Below are positions 44,629 to 51,313 of a stretch of DNA of 51,313 nt, piece after piece. How positions within the stretch are numbered: position 1 is the stretch's first letter; each line of letters starts with the position of its first letter. This DNA comes from Actinomycetes bacterium (GTDB taxonomy: Bacteria > Actinomycetota > Acidimicrobiia > Acidimicrobiales > Palsa-688): assembly GCA_021809885.1 (NCBI GenBank), contig JAJZJY010000001.1, forward strand, positions 1 through 51,313. The letters are read 5' to 3'. The notes under the pieces were generated by a model. That model worked only from the letters and a program-made list of their open reading frames with translations. It was not told where the DNA came from and did no database searches. The position numbers and the translations under genes are program-made.

Positions 44629-44658
44629 GGATCGGCACAGACGCTCCGCGGACTTGAG
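44629..44658 (-). promoter_or_regulatory. Sigma-28-type promoter, CTCA-N18-GCCGATCC, for flagellin
   Basis: Minus strand reads CTCA (44658-44655), N18, GCCGATCC (44636-44629). Same spacing as the flgB and GT2-GT4-MT promoters. The predicted leader is ~46 nt. Confidence 0.55.
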
Positions 44659-44801
44659 GCGAACGGAGACATGTCCGACACTGGCCCTTGGCCGCCTCCG
44701 CCAAGTGGCGTCCCAGACTTCTCATCACGCCTCGTCCCCGCGGCAGCCGGTGCCAGTAGGCGCCGTGCGCTCGTCTTTGTACTTGGGACCCGGTCAGCTC
44801 C

Positions 44802-45443
44802 TCAGCCGGCCACCGTGTCCTCCCCGGCGGGGGCTGACCCCGGCGCCGCCGGCTGCAGGAACCGGTTGAGGGCGTTGAGCACGGCCCGGGCGGCCGCCTC
44901 CGCCGGCGTGGCGCCCCGGGCGAGGCCACGCCGGTGTTCCCCGGTGCGGGTGTCCTCGAGCAGGACCAGGGTGCCCGAGCCCAGATCAGGGGGCAGCTCG
45001 TGGGCAGCGGTCACCCCAAAAGGGGTGGGCAGGCCGAGGGTCTCGAGGCCGGCGACGACCGCTCGACCGGCGGCGATCGCGTCGCCGGCGTCGGCCTCGA
45101 CCGCTGTCCGCCGGTGCCCCAACGCCAGGTGCAGCTCGACGGTGCCCACCGCCGCCACGGGCACGGCGACCCGGAGGCGCACCCGCTGGCCCCGGCGGTC
45201 GTCGCTGCGCTCGCCCAGGACCTCCACGACGAGGTTGCCGTCGAGCAGCGCGGCCGCGATGCGCTCGACTGCGGTCCGCAGCGCCGCGGTGTCCGAGCCC
45301 TCCCTCGCAGCGATCTCGATGGCCAGCGCGCCGTCGCGCTCGCCGAAGCCGACGAAGGTGATGCCCGCGAGCTGGCGGAGCTCCAGCTCGAGCTGGTCGA
45401 TGGCCACCGGGTCGACGAGCGCCGGGTGGCCAGGAAGGGTCAC
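44802..45443 (-). CDS. Hypothetical 213-aa protein translationally coupled to the diguanylate cyclase
   Basis: GTG 45443 gives a GTGA overlap with the DGC stop (45440). Two beta-beta-alpha-like halves. The C-terminal RGLARGATPAEAAARAVLNALNRF resembles the last helix of dsRBD-like folds. I cannot assign a family. Confidence 0.5.
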   Translation of the reverse strand: MTLPGHPALVDPVAIDQLELELRQLAGITFVGFGERDGALAIEIAAREGSDTAALRTAVERIAAALLDGNLVVEVLGERSDDRRGQRVRLRVAVPVAAVGTVELHLALGHRRTAVEADAGDAIAAGRAVVAGLETLGLPTPFGVTAAHELPPDLGSGTLVLLEDTRTGEHRRGLARGATPAEAAARAVLNALNRFLQPAAPGSAPAGEDTVAG

Positions 45444-46537
45444 CCGGCGGCCTTGTCGGCGTAGAGCCGCTCGTCGGCGAGGTGCTGCAGTCGAACGGCA
45501 TCCTCGGCGTCCGCCGGGAAGCAAGCGACCCCGGCCGAGAAGTGGACGCCACGGCCCGGTAGCGCCTCGGCGAGCCTCGGGCGCAGCCGCTCCACCAAGG
45601 GATCGAGCACGGCCGGGGAATCGGCGTTGAGGATGATGAGGGCGAACTCGTCGCCGCCGATGCGGGCGGCGACGTCGCCGCGCCGCAGCACGGCGCGGAC
45701 CTCGACGCCGATGGCGCGCAGGGCGGTGTCGCCGGCCGCGTGGCCCAGCTCGTCGTTTACCAACTTGAAGTCGTCCAGGTCGATGAGCACGAGGGCGAAC
45801 GGCCACCCGTACCGGCGGCTGCGCGCCACGGCCTCGGCGAGCTGCTGCTCGTAGCTGCGGCGGTTGAGCAGCCCGGTCAGCGGGTCGTGGCCGGCGTCGT
45901 GGCCGAGCACATCCATCTTCAGGGCCGCGCTCGCCATGCTTGTGACGAAGGCTGCCACCGCCCGGTCGACGGCGCCGGGCGGCGACGTGTACAAGCCGGG
46001 CGGGGCGCCGAGCAACGACCGGGCCGCCTGCTCCTCACCACCCGCACCGAGCGGGCGGCGGCCGAGGCGGAACACCTGGCGACCGATCGCCGTCTCCTCC
46101 GTCACCAAGACGGCGTCGTCAACCCCGAAGCGGGCCGCCACGATGTCCAGCACCTCGTACACGAAGCCGACCCCCGTCGGGGCCCGCAGCAGGAGGCCGG
46201 CGAACTCGAGCAACGGCGGGGCTCCCGCGCCGTCCAACCCCTCGCACAGCTGCGCGGCGAAGCTCACGGCGCCGTCCCCGTCGTCGCCGGCTGCCGGCGG
46301 CAATCCCACGGCCACCGGATGGTGTCCCGGGGACAGCCTGGCTCGAGCCCTGCGTACATCGCGGTCGTGAACCTCCGACGATGGTAGAGACGAGGCGCCT
46401 CCGTCGCTCCCCAGCGGCGACACTAGTGGGTGGGCACCCGGGTCGACCCCGGCGCCGGCTCCCAACCGAGGTTCGCTTCCGCTATTGCGCCCAAAGCCGC
46501 TCAGAGCGCGGGGAGGGGCACTCACCGCGTGGGCCAC
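45440..46537 (-). CDS. Diguanylate cyclase (GGDEF) with an N-terminal sensory region
   Basis: DPLTGLLNRRSY...LIDLDDFKLVNDELGHAAGD...RRGDVAARIGGDEFALI. The GGDEF active site is intact and an RxxD I-site (RRGD) lies five residues upstream. The start (GTG 46537) is uncertain. Confidence 0.85.
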   Translation of the reverse strand: MAHAVSAPPRALSGFGRNSGSEPRLGAGAGVDPGAHPLVSPLGSDGGASSLPSSEVHDRDVRRARARLSPGHHPVAVGLPPAAGDDGDGAVSFAAQLCEGLDGAGAPPLLEFAGLLLRAPTGVGFVYEVLDIVAARFGVDDAVLVTEETAIGRQVFRLGRRPLGAGGEEQAARSLLGAPPGLYTSPPGAVDRAVAAFVTSMASAALKMDVLGHDAGHDPLTGLLNRRSYEQQLAEAVARSRRYGWPFALVLIDLDDFKLVNDELGHAAGDTALRAIGVEVRAVLRRGDVAARIGGDEFALIILNADSPAVLDPLVERLRPRLAEALPGRGVHFSAGVACFPADAEDAVRLQHLADERLYADKAAG

Positions 46538-46614
46538 GCGCCAGGCGGCCCGGCGCTAGCGTCGGTCGCCGCGCCCGAGAGGACACCGCTGTCGATCCCC
46601 CAAACCAGCCCCCG

Positions 46615-47292
46615 ATGACGACCGAGACCCGAGCACGGCGGTTGCCGGCGGCACGCCGCCGTCGCCAGCTGCTCTCGGTCGCCCTCGAGTGCTTCGCTGC
46701 TGCCGGCTTCCACGCCACGTCGATGGAGGACATAGCCGATCAGGCCGGCGTGACCAAGCCCGTCCTCTACCAGCACTTCGGGTCCAAGTCCCAACTCTAC
46801 CGGGAGCTCATCGAGACGGTGGGCGCCGAGCTGCTCGAGACGGTCACCACGCGGGCCACCGCCGAGGCTGAGCCGTACCGCCGCGTCCTCGAAGGCTTCC
46901 GGGCGTACTTCCGGTTCGTCGAGACGCAACCAGCCGCGTTCGAACTGCTGTTCTCGAGCGGCGCCCGACAGCAGGAGGAGTTCGCCGGCGCGGTCCGCGC
47001 CGTGGAGTCACGCATCGCGGCGACGATCGCCAGCCTGATCGAAGTCGGTATCGAGGCGTCGCACCGAGAGCTGCTGGCCTTCGGGATCGTCGGGTTGGCC
47101 GAGACGACCAGCCGGCTGTGGGTCGAACGCCGCCGCCGGAACGGACCGGTCGCCGGTCCCGCCGGCGCCGGGCACGCCCGGGAGGGTGACCTCATGGCCC
47201 AACGCCTCGCCGACCTGGTCTGGGCCGGACTGCGTGCCCTCCCGCCCGCCGAGGCAGGGGCGTCGCCGCCGCGCCGTCCGCATACCTCCTGA
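46615..47292 (+). CDS. TetR-family transcriptional regulator
   Basis: 225 aa. N-terminal HTH RRRQLLSVALECFAAAGFHATSMEDIADQAGVTKPVLYQHFGSK. ATG 46615 is preferred over the ORF-track start. Confidence 0.85.
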   Translation: MTTETRARRLPAARRRRQLLSVALECFAAAGFHATSMEDIADQAGVTKPVLYQHFGSKSQLYRELIETVGAELLETVTTRATAEAEPYRRVLEGFRAYFRFVETQPAAFELLFSSGARQQEEFAGAVRAVESRIAATIASLIEVGIEASHRELLAFGIVGLAETTSRLWVERRRRNGPVAGPAGAGHAREGDLMAQRLADLVWAGLRALPPAEAGASPPRRPHTS

Positions 47293-47324
47293 CCCGCCGG
47301 CCGGCCCGAAGCTACGTTTGCACG

Positions 47325-48089
47325 GTGGCCACCCTCGACGCCATCGACTTGAGCCTGCGCCTGAGCCGCCGGGAGGAGGCAGCGAGGCTCGAAGCCGCCC
47401 AGCGCCGGCTGCAGCACCTCCGGCTGTCGACCGCCGGCCTGCTCGGCGACGAGAGCCCCGGGCCACCGATCTGTGTGGTGATGGAGGGCTGGGACGCGTC
47501 CGGGAAGGGCGGAGCCATCCGCCGGCTCGTCGCCAACCTCGACATCCGCCACTACCGGATCGCCTTCTTCGCCAAGCCCACCCAGGTCGAGAAGGCCCAC
47601 CAGTACCTGTGGCGGTTCTGGCCCGCGCTGCCAGGCTGGGGGGAGATGACCATCTTCGACCGCTCCTGGTACGGCCGGGTGCTCGTCGAGCGTGTGGAGG
47701 GCTTCGCCACCGACGAGGAGTGGGGCCGGGCGTACGGGGAGATCGTCACCTTCGAGCGCCAGTTGGCCGCCGACGGCATGATCCTCGTCAAGTTCTGGCT
47801 GGAGATATCCCACGACGAGCAGTTCGCCCGGTTCCAGAGCCGCCAGGCCGATCCCCTGCGGGCGTGGAAGCTCGGCGAGGAGGACTGGCGCAACCGAGAG
47901 AAGCGCCCGCAGTACGAGGCAGCGCTGCGGGACATGTTCGCTCGGACCGACCACGCCCTCGGGCCGTGGGACATCATCCCGGCCGAGGACAAGCGGTACG
48001 CCCGCGTGGCGGTGGCCGAGACGGTCGTGAACCGTGTCGAGCAGGGCATGCGCCGGCTCGGGTTCGAGCCCCCGTCGCCCCTCGGCTGA
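47325..48089 (+). CDS. Polyphosphate kinase 2 family protein (PPK2)
   Basis: 254 aa. EGWDASGKGG (Walker A), FDRSWYGRVLVERV, and lid-region motifs typical of single-domain PPK2. Confidence 0.9.
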   Translation: MATLDAIDLSLRLSRREEAARLEAAQRRLQHLRLSTAGLLGDESPGPPICVVMEGWDASGKGGAIRRLVANLDIRHYRIAFFAKPTQVEKAHQYLWRFWPALPGWGEMTIFDRSWYGRVLVERVEGFATDEEWGRAYGEIVTFERQLAADGMILVKFWLEISHDEQFARFQSRQADPLRAWKLGEEDWRNREKRPQYEAALRDMFARTDHALGPWDIIPAEDKRYARVAVAETVVNRVEQGMRRLGFEPPSPLG

Positions 48090-48430
48090 TGCGGCGCAGG
48101 TAGCTGAGTAGCCTGTCGGCTACGCCCTCCGTGAGGCGCGCCGGCGATGCTGCGCTAGGCGCTGTGCGGAACCTCGGTGGACGCCCCGCTCATCAATCCG
48201 GCCCCTGGCGTCCACGCCGAGTTGCGCTCCCCGACCGGCAAGGTCCTCGCCCGGATCAGCGTCGCTTTCTCCTCCACCCGGACCGCTGCCCGCTGCCCCG
48301 ACCCAAACCCTCCAGCCCACTCTGGAGGACGGCGACTTCACGAACCGGTCGCCGGGCTGCGTTGCCCCGACCACCCGGCCGGACGCATGCTGGTGGCACC
48401 CGACGTCCGAGGAGCGATCTGGTGCCAGGC

Positions 48431-50266
48431 ATGGGAGGCATGGGCGCGGGCGCCGCCTCCGGCGACCCCCTGATCGTCGCCGCATTCGACGGCGCGCTGC
48501 GCGTCGAGGCCCTGGTCGTTGCGGTCGTGGTCGGCGCCTGCCTCCTCGCCTGGCAGCCGCTGGCCCGCCTGGGTCGACGCCGCCTCGGCGCCTGCCTCCC
48601 CCCGGCCGCGGCGCCCCCCGAACCGGCGGGACGGCGGTTGCTCCGCCTCGGCTTCGGATTGCTCTGGGTGCTCGACGGTGTCCTCCAGGTCAACCAGGGC
48701 ATGGTGATGGGCCTGCCGACCGGCGTGGTGGCCCCGGCGGCCGCCGGCTCCCCCCGCTGGGTGCACGCCGTCGTCGGCGTCGGACTCGGTGTGTGGACCC
48801 GCCATCCGATAGCGGCGGCCACCTCGGTCGTATGGATCCAGATGGGGGTCGGGTTGCTCCTGGTGTTCGCACCCCGCTGGGAGCTCTCCAGGCTCGCCGG
48901 CCTCCTCAGCTCCGCTTGGGGGATGCTGGTCTGGGTCTTCGGGGAGGCCTTCGGAGGGATCTTCGCCGGAGGCCAGACGTGGCTCTTCGGGACGCCCGGA
49001 GCCGTTCTCATCTACGCCGTCGCGGGTGCCGTGCTCGCCCTGCCAGAGCGGGCCTGGGGAGGCCCACGCCTCGGCCGGGTGCTGACCTCCGCAACAGGAG
49101 CCGCCTTTGCCGGCTTCGCCGCCCTGCAGGCCTGGCCGGGACGCGGGTTCTGGCAGGGCGGACGGACCGGCAGGATTCCATCGATGGCCTCGTCCATGGC
49201 CGCCACCCGGCAACCCCCGGCGCTGGCCTCGGCCGTCGCCGCCTTCGGCCGGCTCGCCGCCTCGCACGGGCTGGTCGTAAACCTTGTCGTCGTCGCGGCG
49301 CTGGCGTTCGTCGGCGTCGCGCTGCTGTCGGGAAGGCCCCGCCTCGCAGCGGTCGGGGTTGCCGTCGCCGCCGCCTTCTGCCTCGCGACGTGGGTCCTGG
49401 CGCAGGACATGGGCTGGTTTGGCGATGTGGCCACCGACCCAAACTCCATGCTTCCGTGGGCGCTGCTCGTGGGAGGCGGCTTCCTGGCGCGGCGGGTCCC
49501 GCTGCGCGGGGAGGCACCGGAGGCTCCCGGGGTGTGCGCCGCGCTACCGCCGGCGCCCGCTGCTGCTCCCGCCACGGCCTCGGCGCGCCGACCCGCCACG
49601 CGCCTGCTGACCCGGCTCGTGACGATGCCGACGGCGGCGGTGACCGCCACCCTCGGGGCGTTCGGGATGCTGCTGGTCGGCGCCGTGCCGGCGACGGCGG
49701 CAGTGGTGCAGCCGGGGACGTCGGCACTGCTGACCGAAGCGATCAACGGCACGCCCCACCGGGAGCCCGGCGCACCTGCACCGGGGTTCGGCCTCGTCGA
49801 CCAGTACGGCCAGCACGTCTCGCTCGAAAGCCTCCGGGGCCGCGTCGTCGCCCTCACCTTCCTCGACCCGGTCCGCACGTCCGCCAGCCATCTCGTCGCC
49901 CGCCAGTTCCGCCTGGCCGACCTCGCCGTCGGCCGACCTTCGGGTACGGCGTTCGTAGCGATCGTGGCCGACCCGGAGTACCGGTCCAGGGCCGTGGTGG
50001 CGGCCTTCGACCACGCCGAGGACCTGACCAGCCTGCCCAACTGGTACTACCTCACCGGTTCGCTCCCCGCCCTCACCCGTGTGTGGAGGTCCTATGGCAT
50101 CGCTCCCCGGACCCGGCGGCCACGGGCGGGGGCCGCACCCGTCGGGGAGGCGTTCGTCATCGACGCGCACGGACGCCTGCGCTGGACATTGGGCCCGGGA
50201 CCCGGGGACCAGGCACCCTCGCTCGGCACCCAGGTCGCCGAGCAGGTCCGGTCCCTCCTGCGCTGA
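48431..50266 (+). CDS. Polytopic membrane protein with a C-terminal SCO1/SenC-like thioredoxin-fold domain lacking the CxxxC motif
   Basis: ~611 aa from ATG 48431. About 10 hydrophobic segments. The C-terminus (GFGLVDQYGQHVSLESLRGRVVALTFLDPVRTSASHLV...VAIVADPE...WYYLTG) follows the SCO spacing, but RTSAS replaces CxxxC. Confidence 0.6.
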   Translation: MGGMGAGAASGDPLIVAAFDGALRVEALVVAVVVGACLLAWQPLARLGRRRLGACLPPAAAPPEPAGRRLLRLGFGLLWVLDGVLQVNQGMVMGLPTGVVAPAAAGSPRWVHAVVGVGLGVWTRHPIAAATSVVWIQMGVGLLLVFAPRWELSRLAGLLSSAWGMLVWVFGEAFGGIFAGGQTWLFGTPGAVLIYAVAGAVLALPERAWGGPRLGRVLTSATGAAFAGFAALQAWPGRGFWQGGRTGRIPSMASSMAATRQPPALASAVAAFGRLAASHGLVVNLVVVAALAFVGVALLSGRPRLAAVGVAVAAAFCLATWVLAQDMGWFGDVATDPNSMLPWALLVGGGFLARRVPLRGEAPEAPGVCAALPPAPAAAPATASARRPATRLLTRLVTMPTAAVTATLGAFGMLLVGAVPATAAVVQPGTSALLTEAINGTPHREPGAPAPGFGLVDQYGQHVSLESLRGRVVALTFLDPVRTSASHLVARQFRLADLAVGRPSGTAFVAIVADPEYRSRAVVAAFDHAEDLTSLPNWYYLTGSLPALTRVWRSYGIAPRTRRPRAGAAPVGEAFVIDAHGRLRWTLGPGPGDQAPSLGTQVAEQVRSLLR

Positions 50267-50770
50267 CGCGGCGTCGTCGGCACGCCGGCGGCACGTTCGC
50301 CGTCACCGCCATGGATGCCCAGGCGAGCGGTGCAACTGCACCGGATCCCGCCTCTCGCTGCACCTGGATAGGCCCCGGCGGGGAGCCCTCGTGACCACCC
50401 CTGGGGAGATCCCAATGGCCCCAATGGCGCCGCCGGCCGCTGCTCAGGGACCCATACCGCGCGCACCGCAGCCTACTGCGCACACCCGGAGCCGGATGCC
50501 GCTCCCTGTGCGCGCAGTTTCCCTGATGGCGCGCGGTTCTTGCCCCTCGCCGATCACGATCAACCGAGCAGCCGCTGCGAGGGCTGGAGGCGCACGCCGC
50601 TGGGGACGGCGGTCAGCGTGCCTGCTCGGGCGAGCACCAACGCTGGCCTCGCTTCGGTGGAGGTATTGGGTTAGCGATCCTGGGGGCTGGGTCCGCCACC
50701 CCGGCATGACAGGCCGTGTAGTTTCGGTGGTGGTCGCTGGGGGGTTCGGGCCGGCCGGCCTGCTGCCGCC

Positions 50771-51313
50771 ATGACGACTTCCCCGACCGTTTCTCGTGGC
50801 CCTCGGGCCGGGCGCCGATCCCAGCGTGAAGAGCTGAAGTTGGTGCGCGCCGAGTGCGTGTCTCTTCGGGAGCAGCTGAAGAAGGTGTCAGCTGAGCGTG
50901 ACCGCCTGCGGACCGACTGCGAACGGCTCCGGGCCGAGCTCGGGGTGGCACGCCGGGCAGAGAAGCGTCAGGCCCTCCCCGTTCTCGAAGGGCACCAAGA
51001 AGCCCGACCCGGCCCGTCCGGGACGCAAGGCGGGCGAGGCATACGGCAAGAAGGGGCGGCGCTCTCCGCCTGCGCCCGAAGATGTCGAGGAGACGATCGA
51101 AGTCGGCCTGCCCGACGCTTGCCCAGATTGCGGCGGGGGGGTGGTCTTCGACAAGACCTTGCCCCAGTACCAAGACGAGCTGATCGTCAAGGTGCTGCGC
51201 CGGCGCTTCGACGTGGACCTCGGTCATTGCCACTGGCGGCACCAGCCAAGTGTCCGTCAGCGGCAACCAGGTCAGCGTCACCGTGCAGCTGGTCCAGCGC
51301 ATGCAGCTGCTCA
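50771..51313 (+). mobile_element. IS66-family transposase gene, 5' part, apparent +1 frameshift at a C-run; runs off the window
   Basis: From ATG 50771: coiled-coil N-terminus (ELKLVRAECVSLREQLKKVSAERDRLRTDCERLRAEL...RRAEKRQA). The characteristic PFSKGTKKPDPARPGRKAGEAYG...LPDACPDCGG...QYQDE continues in another frame from ~50979, after the ctcccc run at 50975-50980. Family assigned from memory of IS66 TnpC N-termini. Confidence 0.45.

Noticed and set aside
44802-45443. The DGC-coupled 213-aa protein was considered for a call as a PilZ-domain c-di-GMP receptor.
   Set aside because: Only the RxxxR-like half (RRGQR) is present. The expected D/NxSxxG about 20-30 residues downstream is not (the sequence reads EADAGDAIAAG). 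It is kept as a hypothesis in the findings, not as a feature call.
46560-46580. The CGCTAGCG palindrome between the DGC and TetR genes was considered as a TetR operator.
   Set aside because: It is only an 8-bp core in GC-rich DNA with no second half-site pattern. The evidence is insufficient.
50661-50695. GGGTTAGCGATCCTGGGGGC was considered as a possible IS66 left inverted repeat (IS66 ends often begin with GTAAGCG).
   Set aside because: It has mismatches to the remembered consensus, and the other end of the element is outside the window. It cannot be supported.
50267-50770. A possible gene in the ~500-bp gap before the IS66 transposase, for example IS66 tnpA/tnpB-like small ORFs.
   Set aside because: No frame gives a protein-like translation or the TnpB-type motifs I remember. 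It is left unannotated.

Overview
This is a gene-dense, high-GC (~70%) bacterial window with pervasive GTG starts and 1-4 nt start/stop overlaps. There are three blocks.

(1) 62-6123 (minus): a complete System I cytochrome c maturation operon, ccmABCDEFGH. Almost every junction is an ATGA/GTGA overlap.

(2) ~8.0-44.6 kb: a monoderm-type flagellar regulon. On the minus strand it runs flgB-flgC-fliE-fliF-fliG-fliH-fliI-fliJ-[NlpC/P60+SLT hydrolase]-fliK-flgD-flgE-flbD-motA-motB-fliL-fliM-fliN-fliO-fliP-fliQ-fliR-flhB, then flgN-like-flgK-flgL-[89 aa ORF]-flhA-[77 aa TM ORF]-fliW-csrA-[3xGT2 giant glycosyltransferase]. Also present are flagellin-fliD-fliS, fliA, a second divergent sigma-like gene, a PAS-GGDEF(degenerate)-EAL gene and a GT2-GT4-methyltransferase gene. 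No L/P-ring, distal-rod, flgM, flhF/flhG or che genes are in the window.

(3) 44.8-51.3 kb: a diguanylate cyclase with a translationally coupled unknown partner, TetR, PPK2, a polytopic membrane protein with a cysteine-less SCO-like domain, and the 5' part of an IS66-family transposase that runs off the window.

Main hunt results:
(a) A sigma-28-type -10 octamer, GCCGATAG, occurs seven times exactly, plus three near-copies. It is always aimed at a flagellar gene. Six copies sit 7-8 nt from a start codon, which suggests leaderless transcripts and a flat, single-sigma hierarchy.
(b) A ~80-140 nt paralogous leader with a small ORF is present upstream of both flgB and the EAL gene. In both cases it overlaps the start codon of the main gene.
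(c) Two giant multidomain glycosyltransferases are wired into the flagellar regulon. One is downstream of fliW-csrA and one is behind a CTCA-N18-GCCGATAG promoter.
(d) A two-domain peptidoglycan hydrolase occupies the rod-penetration niche.
(e) fliK contains five perfect 18-bp coding repeats.
(f) An 11-bp perfect tandem direct repeat lies upstream of fliA.

All calls are from reading the sequence and the ORF translations. No database search was run.
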